Part shown: in pieces, positions 20,554-33,626 of the stretch | Position numbering within the stretch: position 1 is the first letter of the stretch | How the letters are laid out: each line of letters begins with the position of its first letter | Source: an uncultured Gammaproteobacteria bacterium | GTDB taxonomy: Bacteria; Pseudomonadota; Gammaproteobacteria; Chromatiales; Chromatiaceae | Assembly (NCBI GenBank): GCA_963845265.1 | Contig: CAWJRN010000018.1 | Coordinates: 407,634 to 471,633 of the forward strand | Direction: 5' to 3' | DNA length: 64,000 bases | The notes under the pieces: model-generated | Seen by the model: only the letters and a program-made list of their open reading frames with translations | Told to the model about the DNA's origin: nothing | Database searches by the model: none | Translations under genes and position numbers: made by a program

Positions 20554-21813
20554 ATGTCCGAGCAGAGCGCAGCGCTGACCGCAGGCCTGGCCGCTGAACT
20601 CGACCGCCTGCGTCGAGCGCATCTCTATCGGCGCCGACGGGTCCTGTCGAGCCCCCAGGGCCCGCGCCCAACGATGGACGGGCGCGGCATGCTGGCGTTC
20701 TGCAGCAACGACTACCTGGGCCTGGCCAACCATCCTGAGGTGGTCGCCGCCCTCCAGGCCGGTGCCGCCCGCTATGGAGCGGGGAGTGGTTCGGCCCATC
20801 TGGTGAGCGGCCACAGCGCCGCCCACCAGGCCATGGAGGAGGAACTGGCCGACTTCACCGGGCGCGACCGGGCCCTGCTGTTCTCCACCGGCTACATGGC
20901 AAACCTGGGGGTCATCTCGGCCCTGGCGGGGCGGGGCCAGGTGGTCTTCGAAGACCGTCGCAACCACGCATCCCTGCTTGACGGGGCCCTGCTCAGCGGG
21001 GCGCGGTTACGCCGCTATCCCCACGCCGACGCCACTGCCTTGATGCGGATGGTCGCGCCGCCCAGGGCCGCGCCAGGGGCGGCGGACCCAGCCGGCAGCA
21101 CAGGCCCCACCCGCCACAGTGCCCAGGCGCGCCTGATCGTCACCGACGGGGTCTTCAGCATGGACGGCGATATCGCCCCACTACTCGAGCTGGCGGCGGC
21201 GGCCGCGGCGGCGCAGGCCCTGCTCATGGTGGACGACGCCCACGGCCTGGGGGTGATGGGCGAGGGCGGTCGCGGCACCCTGGAGCTGGCCGGCCTGACC
21301 CAGGCGCAGGCCCCCATCCTGGTCGGCACCCTGGGCAAGGCCTTCGGCACCTTCGGTGCCTTCGTCGCCGGCGAGGCGGCCCTCATCGAGACCCTGATCC
21401 AGCGCGCCCGCAGCTACATCTACACCACTGCCCTGCCACCGGCCGTGGCGGAGGCCACCCGCGCCAGCCTCGGCCTGGTCCGCCGCGAGCCCTGGCGACG
21501 GGAGAAGCTGCGCACCTTGATCGCTCGGCTGCGCAGCGGCGCGGGGGAGCTCGGACTGCCCCTGGCCCCCTCGGAAACCCCGATCCAGCCCCTGATCCTC
21601 GGTGACAACAGGCGCGCCCTGGCGTGGAGCCAGGCCCTGGAGGCGGGGGGCATCCTGGTCCCCGCCATCCGCCCGCCCACCGTACCGGAGGGCTCGGCTC
21701 GGCTGCGGGTCACCCTGTCCGCCGCCCATACCGAGGGCGATGTAGACACCCTGCTCCAGGCCCTGTCCATGCTCCCATCCCTGGATACGACGGCCCGGGA
21801 GCCCATGGCATGA
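20554..21813 (+). CDS. bioF: 8-amino-7-oxononanoate synthase
   Basis: It contains [11 protein letters not shown] and the PLP lysine region [12 protein letters not shown]. There is a Pro/Ala-rich insertion before DGVFSMDGD. Confidence 0.9.
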   Translation: MSEQSAALTAGLAAELDRLRRAHLYRRRRVLSSPQGPRPTMDGRGMLAFCSNDYLGLANHPEVVAALQAGAARYGAGSGSAHLVSGHSAAHQAMEEELADFTGRDRALLFSTGYMANLGVISALAGRGQVVFEDRRNHASLLDGALLSGARLRRYPHADATALMRMVAPPRAAPGAADPAGSTGPTRHSAQARLIVTDGVFSMDGDIAPLLELAAAAAAAQALLMVDDAHGLGVMGEGGRGTLELAGLTQAQAPILVGTLGKAFGTFGAFVAGEAALIETLIQRARSYIYTTALPPAVAEATRASLGLVRREPWRREKLRTLIARLRSGAGELGLPLAPSETPIQPLILGDNRRALAWSQALEAGGILVPAIRPPTVPEGSARLRVTLSAAHTEGDVDTLLQALSMLPSLDTTAREPMA

Positions 21814-22583
21814 GCACACATCGGGCCCCCGACCTGGTCCTGCTGCACGGCTGGGGCATGAACGCCGCGGTCTGGGGCAACCTACCCGTCGCCCTTAACC
21901 AGATCGGCGCAGGCCCCGTCACCCCCATCGAGCTGCCCGGCCACGGCGACCAACCCCTGTCGGCGACCGCCACGGACCTCGCCGCCTGGGCCCAGTGCTG
22001 CCTGGACCAGGCCCCGGCCCGCGCCGTCTGGCTCGGCTGGTCCCTCGGCGGGCTGGTCGCCCTGAGCGCCGCCCTCCAAGCCCCAGAGCGGGTCGCCGGG
22101 CTGATCCTACTCACCGCAACGCCGCGCTTCGCCCAAGCACCGGGGTGGCCGGCGGCCATGGCCGGTGCAACCCTGGAGCAGTTCCACACCGGCCTGCTGG
22201 CCCAACCCGCCGTTACCCTGGACCGCTTCCTCGGCCTCCAGGTACGCGGCAGCGATACCGCCCGGGAGACCCTGCGCGCCCTGCGCCGTGAGCTGGCCAA
22301 GCGCCCGACCCCGGACCCGGCCGCCCTGGCCCTAGGACTCGATCTGTTGCGCGATGGGGATCTGCGCGAACACCTCACAGCCCTGACCTGCCCCAGCCTT
22401 TGGCTATTCGGGACTCACGACACCCTGGTTCCCGCCGCGGCGGCCCGAGCCATCGCCGAGCTGCTGCCCGGCGACCGAGGTAGGACAGCAATCATCCGAG
22501 GCGCGGCCCACGCCCCCTTCCTGTCGCACCCCAGTGAAACCCTGGCACCGATCCGAGCCTTTCTGGCTGACCTAGACGTCTGA
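21810..22583 (+). CDS. bioH: Pimeloyl-ACP methyl ester carboxylesterase
   Basis: ATG 21810 overlaps the bioF stop. It has [14 protein letters not shown] and the nucleophile elbow GWSLGG. Confidence 0.85.
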   Translation: MSTHRAPDLVLLHGWGMNAAVWGNLPVALNQIGAGPVTPIELPGHGDQPLSATATDLAAWAQCCLDQAPARAVWLGWSLGGLVALSAALQAPERVAGLILLTATPRFAQAPGWPAAMAGATLEQFHTGLLAQPAVTLDRFLGLQVRGSDTARETLRALRRELAKRPTPDPAALALGLDLLRDGDLREHLTALTCPSLWLFGTHDTLVPAAAARAIAELLPGDRGRTAIIRGAAHAPFLSHPSETLAPIRAFLADLDV

Positions 22584-22656
22584 GCCCCCGGCCATAAAGG
22601 CTCTGTGCCAACTGACACCTGACAACTTAAAACTTAAAAATTAAAACTGCCCCCCT

Positions 22657-24251
<1,595 letters not shown>

Positions 24252-24260
24252 ATTCCTTGA

Positions 24261-25573
<1,313 letters not shown>

Positions 25574-25611
25574 CCGAACCGATCGAGACGGGGCGCCAAG
25601 CCCCGTCTCGC

Positions 25612-26493
25612 TCAGTCGGCCAGCAAGCGCATGGACAGGTCCAAGGCACGGAGGTTCTTGGTGATGCCGCCGATGGAGATGTCGTTGACGCCGGTCTCGG
25701 CCACGCCACGGATGGCGTCGAGGCCGATGCCGCCTGAGGCCTCAAGGTTGGCGCGGCCGGCGTTCAGGGCCACGGCCTCGCGCAGCAGGTCCAGGGAAAA
25801 ATTGTCCAGCAGCACATGCCGTGCGCCGGCCGTCAGGGCCTCGTCGAGCTGCTCCAGGGATTCGACCTCGATCTCGACCCGCACCCCGTCGGCCACTGCC
25901 CGGGCGGCGTCCAGGGCTGCCGCGATGGAGCCGGCCGCCTGGATGTGGTTCTCCTTGATCAGGATGGCATCGTAGAGGCCCATGCGGTGGTTGTGGCAGC
26001 CGCCGCAAGCCACCGCGTATTTCTGTTGCAGGCGCAGCCCGGGGATGGTCTTGCGCGTGTCCAGGACCCGCACCGGCAACCCGGCCACCGCGTCGGCATA
26101 GCGCCGCGCCCGACTGGCAGTGCCGGAGAGGGTTTGCAGATAATTCAGGGCGGTACGCTCCCCGGTGAGCAGGCCGCGGATGCCCCCGGTCAGGGTGCAG
26201 AGCCGCTGCCCTGGGGCGATACGCTCGCCGTCCGCAGCCTCCCATCGGATGCGAATCCCCGCGTCGAGCAGGCGAAATACGGTGTCGAACCAGGCCCGGC
26301 CGCAGAGCACGCCCGGCTCGCGGGTGATGACCTGAGCCGCAGCCCCCTGGCCCTCGGGGAGCAGGCCCGCGGTCAGGTCACCGGTGCCGATATCCTCGGT
26401 GAGGGCATCGCGCACCTCGCGTTCGACGATCTCTGGGGCCGGCAGGCGTGGCCTGGGCCGCTCGATCGATGGGGCTGCCGTGTCATCGGACAT
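25612..26493 (-). CDS. nadC: Nicotinate-nucleotide pyrophosphorylase (carboxylating)
   Basis: It has QPRTase signatures: [45 protein letters not shown] and SGGI. Confidence 0.93.
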   Translation of the reverse strand: MSDDTAAPSIERPRPRLPAPEIVEREVRDALTEDIGTGDLTAGLLPEGQGAAAQVITREPGVLCGRAWFDTVFRLLDAGIRIRWEAADGERIAPGQRLCTLTGGIRGLLTGERTALNYLQTLSGTASRARRYADAVAGLPVRVLDTRKTIPGLRLQQKYAVACGGCHNHRMGLYDAILIKENHIQAAGSIAAALDAARAVADGVRVEIEVESLEQLDEALTAGARHVLLDNFSLDLLREAVALNAGRANLEASGGIGLDAIRGVAETGVNDISIGGITKNLRALDLSMRLLAD

Positions 26494-26634
26494 GGGGCAC
26501 TACTCCGTGGTATGGCTCCGGCAGGCTGACTGGCGATGGCGCCGGGGGCGGGCGGGGATTGTAGCCCGGCGTCGGCAAACCGAACCAGGGCGCATATCCC
26601 GGGTCGCACCGGCGGGCAGCGCCAGTTGTCGCGA

Positions 26635-28842
26635 TCAGTGACTCAGGGTGCGCGAGAGGTTCGCCACGGCGCGCTCGACCAAGGGCAGGTCGTCGTCGCT
26701 ATGGATGATGGTCGCAAGCCCGTACTCGATCAAGGTGGTGAGATCGCCACGGGCCATCTGCGGCCCCTCCCGCCCCAGACGATCCACGAACTGCATGCGC
26801 TGCCCGTCGCTGCTGACCCAGGCCAGCTTGACCCGAACCCGCTGGGCGTCGTCGCGCAGCAGCTCGACCCAGACACCTGGCTCCAAGCGCAGCGCCTGAT
26901 TTACGGCTCCGCCGTCCGCGGATGCGACTCCGGTGGACCTGGGGCCCGAATCGGCGCGATCGGGCACCGGCGGCCGCGTCGGGGACCCTGTCGGGGGGGG
27001 CATGGGGGCCGGTTGCGATTGGGGGGGGGGGCGCAGAGCGGTCAGATGCAACGCCTGGAGTTCCCTGAACCAGCGGGCGAGGACCCGCTGGTCCAGGGCA
27101 ACGGGGGTCATACCGCTGCGCAGGGTACGCAGCAACTCCGGCACCCCCCGCAACAATTCCCGGCGATCTTCATTGGAGACCTTGGGTTGCACACTCCAAA
27201 TCAGCCGATCCATCACGGCCAACGCGTTGCGCCACTCTCGGCCACCCTCCCCGCCGGACAGATAGGCCGAGGCCAACACCTCCCGCCACCCCTCGTGAAG
27301 CAGCGACACCACCACCGGGGGAATCCGCGCCGTCTGCTCCAGACGCTCGGCGATCACCGCCTCGGCCTGGTGACGAGCGGCTTCGCTCCGGTCGCGGCGG
27401 GCGGCCATGGAGCACACGTGAGCCTCTGCAGCGCCCACCTTGACCGCTTCGCCGGCAAGGTAGGCCGCAAGCTCCGCGTCCAGACGCTCGAACAGGGACA
27501 AGTCACGGTCGAACTTGCCAATGATCCGCGCGACGATCTGCTCAATACGGCCATATAGGCTGGTGGGCGAACGGTCCTCGTCGTCCGTCCAGCCCATGCT
27601 TGCGTCGCCGATGCGGTTGAGCAGGCGCCTGGCCGGATGCTCCTGATTCTGAAAAAAGGTCTTGTCCAGCAGGGCCACCTTGACGTAGGGGATCTGCAGG
27701 CGCCCCACCAGGGCCTTGATGGGATCGGGAAGATTGCCGCCCTGGAGGATTGATTCGAACAGCAGGAAGACCAGATCCAGGGTGTCCTTGTCGACGTCCC
27801 CCAGAGAGTGGCGTACGCTCGCCCCATTTGGTCGAGGCGCATGGACGGCCCCGTCGATCCGGGCACGCAGGTTCTCGGTCGCAATGAGCCCCGGGCGTGC
27901 AGGTCGCGGTACGGTCTGCAAGTTGGTGAGGATCACCATCAACTCCGATGTCTGCATCACCATCATTTCACCGGGGGCGGCATCGGCCCCTGCCGGACGC
28001 GGGGCCCGCCAATGGTCGAGTAGGGCGCGTAGCTCTTCGAAGGGGATTCGGGCCAGGGCGGCATCGACTGCATGCTTGGCGGCCTGGGGGCGCGCGGGTC
28101 CGAGCGAGCTGACATCCTCGAAGGACGGCAGCGCCGCCATGCGCTCGGACAGAGTGCGCCTGGGGGTGGATGTCGGTGCGAGGCCCTGACGAGCGGCCAG
28201 GGTAAGACATTGGTCGTAGATATCGCCGAGGTGGTCCATCACCTGTTTGTCGAACAGCTTGTAAACCACCAGCTTGATGGACAAATCGATATCTTGAACG
28301 GGCCTGATGGCGGCCCCAAAGGCATCGCATATGGCCACCGGACCGAGAGGGTTGGAGCGCGGCGAAAGCTCGCGGCGGCCCAGAAGGCCACCCATCAATC
28401 GGCCCAGTTCGTGGAGTTGGCGGTAGTAGCGATTCTCGGCCTTGGACACCAGGTTGCTGACGGCAAGAGACTCTTCGAGATCCCCCTCCTCGACCAACGC
28501 GAAGTCCTCGAGGCGCAGTCCGTCCAAGGCCCTGGTGTCATGCTCTGTGAGCCTATGGGGCTTCAGCTCGGAGGCAAGCTCCAGTTGTCTTAGGAAGCTT
28601 GCCTTGATGTTGTGGCTCTGCTTGCGGAGCACGCGCGTGGAATCGAAATAGCGCGTGTAGAGGAGGTCGTTGCCGGCCTTGTCGGCGAGGTCATACAAGG
28701 CATCGTCGAGCTTATCGAACAGGGCGTTGAGGAGGAGGGGCAGGTCCCGCAGAAACGGCGTGCGGCACGCCAACAGGAACCGTGCCAGCGTTTCTCGCTG
28801 CGCAGCAGTACCTGCTTCGTGTGGGTTGCCCTTCGCGTCCAC
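26635..28842 (-). CDS. DUF1631-family protein (735 aa)
   Basis: The N-terminus LPLLLNALFDKLDDALYDLADKAGNDLLYTRYFDSTRVLRKQ and the overall size match my recollection of DUF1631. It contains a Pro-rich linker encoded by C8 and C11 homopolymers. Confidence 0.7.
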   Translation of the reverse strand: MDAKGNPHEAGTAAQRETLARFLLACRTPFLRDLPLLLNALFDKLDDALYDLADKAGNDLLYTRYFDSTRVLRKQSHNIKASFLRQLELASELKPHRLTEHDTRALDGLRLEDFALVEEGDLEESLAVSNLVSKAENRYYRQLHELGRLMGGLLGRRELSPRSNPLGPVAICDAFGAAIRPVQDIDLSIKLVVYKLFDKQVMDHLGDIYDQCLTLAARQGLAPTSTPRRTLSERMAALPSFEDVSSLGPARPQAAKHAVDAALARIPFEELRALLDHWRAPRPAGADAAPGEMMVMQTSELMVILTNLQTVPRPARPGLIATENLRARIDGAVHAPRPNGASVRHSLGDVDKDTLDLVFLLFESILQGGNLPDPIKALVGRLQIPYVKVALLDKTFFQNQEHPARRLLNRIGDASMGWTDDEDRSPTSLYGRIEQIVARIIGKFDRDLSLFERLDAELAAYLAGEAVKVGAAEAHVCSMAARRDRSEAARHQAEAVIAERLEQTARIPPVVVSLLHEGWREVLASAYLSGGEGGREWRNALAVMDRLIWSVQPKVSNEDRRELLRGVPELLRTLRSGMTPVALDQRVLARWFRELQALHLTALRPPPQSQPAPMPPPTGSPTRPPVPDRADSGPRSTGVASADGGAVNQALRLEPGVWVELLRDDAQRVRVKLAWVSSDGQRMQFVDRLGREGPQMARGDLTTLIEYGLATIIHSDDDLPLVERAVANLSRTLSH

Positions 28843-29145
28843 TGAACCTTATCTCGTACTCGCTGCGAACTCTGTGCTGGGGAGTTGGGGCAATCCGCCG
28901 CGGGGTCCCGCCGATCAAGATCGTAAGAGCCGCCGTGGTCAGCGGCCTCTCAGAGGATGGCGGCGCAATGGCGTGCGCCCAGTGTTATCGTCTTCCCTGG
29001 CAACGACGCGGCTTGCCGGCACAACCCAGCGCAATACTAGACCTGGTTGCCGAGGGCCTCAACCAGTTACGGTAGTTTGCGAAGGTACATATACCATTGT
29101 GTGGGATAGCTACGGTTCTTTCTTAATTGTGATGAGCTGATCCTG

Positions 29146-29462
29146 ATGACTGCGACCTCCAGTCTCGCACACTCCGCCACTACGGATGCTGGACATTTGG
29201 ACGATCTGAAACACGCAGCGTCCAAAATGCTCGGGCGGAGCGGCGTGCGTTCCAAGCGTCGATGGCGTTGAAGTACTGTGCAGGGAGTCCGCGGCAGGCT
29301 GAAGCGGTGTTCGGTTGGAGTCGCCAAGCCGTGGAGTTGGGGTTGCACGAGAAGCGCACGGGTGTCGTCTGTGTGAGTGCGCGGCCGGCCTTTTGCGGCG
29401 ACAAGCTGTGGGAAGAAAAGCACCCAGACGTTGCGAACGTCCTGTGGGCCTTGGCGCAATAA
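29146..29462 (+). pseudogene. N-terminal ~105 codons of a DDE transposase (ISAzo13-like as recalled), with one frameshift, truncated
   Basis: MTATSSLAHSATTDAGHLDDLKHAASKMLG, then a frameshift near 29235, then AERRAFQASMALKYCAGSPRQAEAVFGWSRQAVELGLHEKRTGVVCVSARPAFCGDKLWEEKHPDVANVLWALAQ*. It lies in an AT-richer patch. Confidence 0.45.
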
Positions 29463-29494
29463 TGGGATATTTTGATCCGACCCTCTTGCATGGT

Positions 29495-30142
29495 ATGAGA
29501 ATTTCCGGAAATCACCTAAGTACCCAGATTGTGAGAGAATTTCCAATAACACAGCAGTTTCAGGCCCCTTGCGGCATCGATAGTGTCGGATGGCTGGGCG
29601 GCTGCGAGCGCCGCCCATCACCAAACTGCGATGCACGCTCCCAGGGGGTCTATATCGACCTATTAGTGATCCACAACATCAGCCTGCCGCCAGGGGAATT
29701 CGGCGGCCCCTGGATCGACGACCTCTTCCTCGCCCGCCTCGATCCCGAGGCCCACCCCTATTTCCGGACCATCGCCGGGGCTCCGGTCTCTGCCCACCTG
29801 CTCATTCGTCGCGATGGGCGCTGCATCCAGTACGTCCCCTTCGGCGAGCGGGCCTGGCACGCCGGCGCCTCCAGCTTTGCCGGGCGGGAGCGCTGCAACG
29901 AGTTCTCCATCGGCATCGAGCTGGAAGGCACCGACACCCAACCCTTCGAGGCGGCCCAATACCACGCCCTGGCGGAGGCGACTCGGGCCATCATGAGGGC
30001 CTACCCTGGGATCACCCCAGAGCGCATCGCCGGGCATAGCGACATCGCCCCCGGACGCAAGACCGACCCCGGCCCGTACTTCGACTGGACCCGCTATCGG
30101 GCCTTGCTGGGTCAGGAGCCCGCCCGGGCTTTGGGAAGCTAG
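29495..30142 (+). CDS. ampD: 1,6-anhydro-N-acetylmuramyl-L-alanine amidase AmpD
   Basis: It has GWLGGCERRPSPNCD, VIHNISLPPGEFGG, AWHAGAS, FSIGIELEG and HSDIAPGRKTDPGP. The start is uncertain: ATG 29495 or GTG 29531. Confidence 0.88.
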   Translation: MRISGNHLSTQIVREFPITQQFQAPCGIDSVGWLGGCERRPSPNCDARSQGVYIDLLVIHNISLPPGEFGGPWIDDLFLARLDPEAHPYFRTIAGAPVSAHLLIRRDGRCIQYVPFGERAWHAGASSFAGRERCNEFSIGIELEGTDTQPFEAAQYHALAEATRAIMRAYPGITPERIAGHSDIAPGRKTDPGPYFDWTRYRALLGQEPARALGS

Positions 30143-30344
30143 TACGGCAGCCTTCACGTCAACCTCACTGCACCCGGACACGCGTGGTTTCAAAGCGGTC
30201 TGATATACAGGGATGTTGTCAGTTGTCAGTAAGAGTCTGTTGCCGCTGGAACGTTTGAAATCCTGAAACGAAAAGCCGACGATCGACAGGTATACAAGCG
30301 ACCGTAAACTCGCACACCCCTCGCCACGGGATGGAGTCCCGAAC

Positions 30345-31496
30345 ATGAAGTCAATAGCAAACCTCCTGCTGCTCACACTGTCGGCCATCGCGGTCGCTGC
30401 CTGGCTGACCGGCGGACAGTCCGGCACCAGTTATTCGGACCAGCTCATCGGGCTGGCGGTACACCAGTCCTTCGGCGATGCGGCCCCCGAGATCGTCGCC
30501 GAACCCCTTGAGGTCCAGGCTCTGTTGCTCGACTACGCCGACGATCCGGCCCTGGTGCTCAAGGCCCGATCGGCCCTGCTGCGCTACCCGGACCTGGCCC
30601 GCCGCATCCTGCCACTCTACGGAGCCGAACCGGAGTTTCGCGGGGTCCTGCTGGAGTACGGCGAGGCGATCCTGCCGCCCATCGCCTATTTCATGGATCA
30701 CGACCTGACCTCCCTGGAGTTTCGCCGCACCCTTGGCGCCGGGTTCGATGAGCTCCGCCGCTGGTACGGCCGGATAACCGGCGACTCGGCCCAGCCCGCG
30801 ACGGCGCCTCCCGCGCCGCTCCTGACCCCGGAGGTCCGGGGCTGGTACGCCGTGAATTTCCTGCACGAGGACGGCTATGGCTTCCTTGGGCAGTTCGTGG
30901 TGAAGGCCGACGGCGAGGCCGATTGGGTGCAGACCGAACGGGTCCTGGAGGGTCTGCCAGACCTGTTCCTGGGCGGCGTCCGCGGCCTGGAAACCAAGTG
31001 GCGCCAGGGCGACGAGATCCATGGCGAGGACCTGGGTTGGGCCGCCCTGGACGTGGCGGTGATCGCCGCGAGCGTGAAGCTGATCAAGGCGGTGCGGGCA
31101 GCCCGGGCGGTGACGCCGACCACGAGTGCGGCCGGGACCGGAAGCTTTCCCGCCCGGGTCGCCCTATTCGGCTCCAGGGTTCTGGCCCGCGGCGGCCGGC
31201 TGGGGGTCGCCGTGGCCCGTTATGGGGCGGTACCCGCGGCGGCCTATCTGATGATTCGCTACCCGTCGTTGATCAACGCCACCCTGGCCGAGCTGGCCGA
31301 CTGGCTGGGGGCGCCACCCTGGGCCGTGCAGTTTGGGTTCTGGTTCGTCGCCGTCTCGGTGACCCTGCGCCTGGGGCTGTTCCTGTTGGGTCCCCTGTCC
31401 AGAGTTCTGCGTGGTCTGGGTTGGTTGGCAAGCGCCCTCGCCGCCTGGTTCCGGCCGGTGCCTCGCTTGCCGCGCCAAGAACCCCGAGTCGCTTGA
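30345..31496 (+). CDS. Hypothetical membrane-anchored protein (383 aa)
   Basis: It has an N-terminal signal/anchor MKSIANLLLLTLSAIAVAAWL and C-terminal hydrophobic helices. I recognise no family. Confidence 0.55.
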   Translation: MKSIANLLLLTLSAIAVAAWLTGGQSGTSYSDQLIGLAVHQSFGDAAPEIVAEPLEVQALLLDYADDPALVLKARSALLRYPDLARRILPLYGAEPEFRGVLLEYGEAILPPIAYFMDHDLTSLEFRRTLGAGFDELRRWYGRITGDSAQPATAPPAPLLTPEVRGWYAVNFLHEDGYGFLGQFVVKADGEADWVQTERVLEGLPDLFLGGVRGLETKWRQGDEIHGEDLGWAALDVAVIAASVKLIKAVRAARAVTPTTSAAGTGSFPARVALFGSRVLARGGRLGVAVARYGAVPAAAYLMIRYPSLINATLAELADWLGAPPWAVQFGFWFVAVSVTLRLGLFLLGPLSRVLRGLGWLASALAAWFRPVPRLPRQEPRVA

Positions 31497-31550
31497 GCTG
31501 AGGACGCTGGCCAGAGGTTGGTCGAGCGGGGCGTGGCGGCGGTCCCAGAG

Positions 31551-31576
31551 TGATCCGCCATGCGTCTTGGTGCGTA
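31551..31576 (+). promoter_or_regulatory. ChrR-type sigma-E promoter (TGATCC-N16-CGTA)
   Basis: TGATCC (31551-31556), a 16-nt spacer, then CGTA (31573-31576). It lies 38 nt upstream of the ATG at 31614. Confidence 0.6.
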
Positions 31577-31613
31577 GATAGAGGGACAATCGCCAACTAC
31601 CGAGCGCGCCATC

Positions 31614-32303
31614 ATGACTCAGCACCCACCATCCCCCAAGAAAAGCCTAACCCGAGCAAGGATCGCCGGCTTAGCCCTGACCCTGACCAGCATCGTCCCC
31701 GCGTTCGCGTCGCAGGTCCAAGAGCATCGCTACACCATCCTGCGCGAGGGAAGCGAGGTCGGTGTCCATGAGGTCCGTCGGGAACTGCTGGGCGGCGAGA
31801 CCCGCGTCCGGTCCAGTTCCCGCATCGACGTCAGCCTACTGGGCTTGGCGCTCTACCGCTTCCGCTACGACGCCCAGGAGGTTTGGGATCAGGCCGGGCT
31901 GGCACGCCTAGAGGTCCGCGTGGACGATGACGGCGAGGCTTTCCGCCTCGCAGGGGAACGCTCCGGTCAAGGCTTCGCCTGGACCTCGGACGCCGGCACC
32001 GGACGCCACCCGTTACCCATCTTCCCGACCAATCACTGGAACGCGGAGGTGTTGAAGCAGGGCCAGGTGCTCAACACCCTCACCGGCGGGCTCAATCGGG
32101 TGACGATCGCCCAGGCGGGCACCGAGACCCTTGACCTGCCAGACGGCCAGGTCAGGGCGCTGCGCTATCGCTATAGCGGGGACCTGGACCTGGATGCCTG
32201 GTACGACGACCGCGGCCAGTGGCTCGGGATGCGCTTCAAGAGCAACGACGGGTCCCAGATCCGCTATCTCTGTAGCACCTGCGCAGGCAGCGCACGCCCA
32301 TGA
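31614..32303 (+). CDS. Secreted beta-rich protein of unknown function, first gene of a sigma-E-type operon
   Basis: It has the signal peptide ...IAGLALTLTSIVPAFA. I am not certain of the family, possibly a DUF linked to ChrR clusters. Confidence 0.55.
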   Translation: MTQHPPSPKKSLTRARIAGLALTLTSIVPAFASQVQEHRYTILREGSEVGVHEVRRELLGGETRVRSSSRIDVSLLGLALYRFRYDAQEVWDQAGLARLEVRVDDDGEAFRLAGERSGQGFAWTSDAGTGRHPLPIFPTNHWNAEVLKQGQVLNTLTGGLNRVTIAQAGTETLDLPDGQVRALRYRYSGDLDLDAWYDDRGQWLGMRFKSNDGSQIRYLCSTCAGSARP

Positions 32304-33064
32304 CTGTTCCCCGCTCGGCATGGATCACAGGCGCGAGTCAGGGCATCGGTCGGGCCCTGGCCCTCGAGCTGGCGGGGCGCGGGTCGAGGGTAGCCATCTC
32401 CGCGCGCGGTGCCGAGGCCCTGGATGACCTGGCTCGACATCACTCCGGCCTGCACCCGGAGCCCCTGGATGTCACGGACGCCCAGGCCGTCGCCACGGCA
32501 GTGGCGCACATCGAGCAGACTCAAGGGCCACTTGATCTCGCGGTCCTCAATGCCGGAATCTACCAACCTCTGCCCGGTGGCCTGGCGGACCCCCGGGTCT
32601 TTGCCGAGCACATGGCGGTCAACTACCAAGGCGTGGTCAACGGCCTGTGCGCTGTCTTGCCTGGGATGCGCGAACGCGGCCGCGGCCAGGTCGTCGTGGT
32701 CGCCTCCGTGGCAGGCTACCGAGGCCTGCCTCAGGCCGCCGCCTATGGCCCCACCAAGGCGGCGCTGATCAACCTGGCGGAGACGCTCCGTCTGGAGTTG
32801 GGCGGCACCGGGGTGGATCTGCGCCTGGTCAACCCGGGCTTCGTCGCCACGCGGCTTACGGCCAAGAACAGCTTTGCCATGCCGGCCATCCTCACCCCAG
32901 AGGACGCCGCCCGGCGCATCCTCACCGGGCTTGCGGGCAGCCGGTTCGAGATCGCCTTTCCCCGCGCCTTCGTGAGCTGGATGAAACTGCTGCGACTGCT
33001 GCCCTATCGCCTCTACTTTCCCCTCATGGCACGCATGACCCAACCGAGCGAACCCAGCTCATGA
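32300..33064 (+). CDS. Short-chain dehydrogenase/reductase
   Basis: It has TGASQGIGRALALELA (TGxxxGxG), NAG and the catalytic YGPTKAAL (YxxxK). Confidence 0.9.
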   Translation: MTVPRSAWITGASQGIGRALALELAGRGSRVAISARGAEALDDLARHHSGLHPEPLDVTDAQAVATAVAHIEQTQGPLDLAVLNAGIYQPLPGGLADPRVFAEHMAVNYQGVVNGLCAVLPGMRERGRGQVVVVASVAGYRGLPQAAAYGPTKAALINLAETLRLELGGTGVDLRLVNPGFVATRLTAKNSFAMPAILTPEDAARRILTGLAGSRFEIAFPRAFVSWMKLLRLLPYRLYFPLMARMTQPSEPSS

Positions 33065-33522
33065 CCGACCCAGTTACCCTGCCCACGGAGGCCCCTCCGA
33101 CCCTGAGCGCCTGGGTCGGTCTATTCGCCGATCTGGATCACGCGGGGGTGCCGCCGGCCGCACGGCTAAGGGAGATCGCCACCGAGGGCGTCCGCTTCTG
33201 CGACCCATTCAACGACTTGCGCGGCATCGAGCACCTGCGGAGGCTCCTCGCCCACACCAGGCAACAGCTTCCCGGGGCACGCTTCGAGGTTTTGGACAAT
33301 GCCTGGTCTGCCCCCAGGGCCTATCTCAGGTGGCGCATGACCGCCCGGGTCAGGGTGCTGGGGGACTGGCGGGTGGAGGGCATGAGCGAGATCCTTTTCG
33401 ACTCGGACGGGCGGGTGGTGGAACATCTGGACCACTGGGATGCCGCCGGGCAGTTCTATGGACGCCTGCCCGTCATTGGCCCCCTGCTGCGCTGGCTTGG
33501 CAGGCCGGCGCGGGTCAGATGA
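33061..33522 (+). CDS. NTF2/SnoaL-like fold protein
   Basis: ATG 33061 overlaps the SDR stop. The protein is 153 aa with VRFCDPFNDLRGIEHL...WRMTARV...EHLDHWD, typical of SnoaL-like proteins in these clusters. Confidence 0.65.
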   Translation: MTDPVTLPTEAPPTLSAWVGLFADLDHAGVPPAARLREIATEGVRFCDPFNDLRGIEHLRRLLAHTRQQLPGARFEVLDNAWSAPRAYLRWRMTARVRVLGDWRVEGMSEILFDSDGRVVEHLDHWDAAGQFYGRLPVIGPLLRWLGRPARVR

Positions 33523-33542
33523 ACCGAAGAAGATCCGTTTAT

Positions 33543-33572
33543 CCGCAAATAAACGCAAATGCACGCAAATAG
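33543..33572. repeat. Three CGCAAAT heptads phased exactly 10 bp apart
   Basis: atCCGCAAATaaaCGCAAATgcaCGCAAATag lies directly after the stop of the NTF2-like gene. Confidence 0.6.
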
Positions 33573-33626
33573 ACAAGCGGTTGGTGCCGGCCGCTGGCTT
33601 AACCTGGGCCTGGGCCCTGGCCTTTT

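Noticed and set aside
28843-29145. AT-richer 300 bp upstream of the transposase fragment considered as a possible separate gene or ncRNA
   Set aside because: It has no convincing ORF or conserved structure. It is most simply the left end of the decayed IS plus the divergent DUF1631 promoter region.
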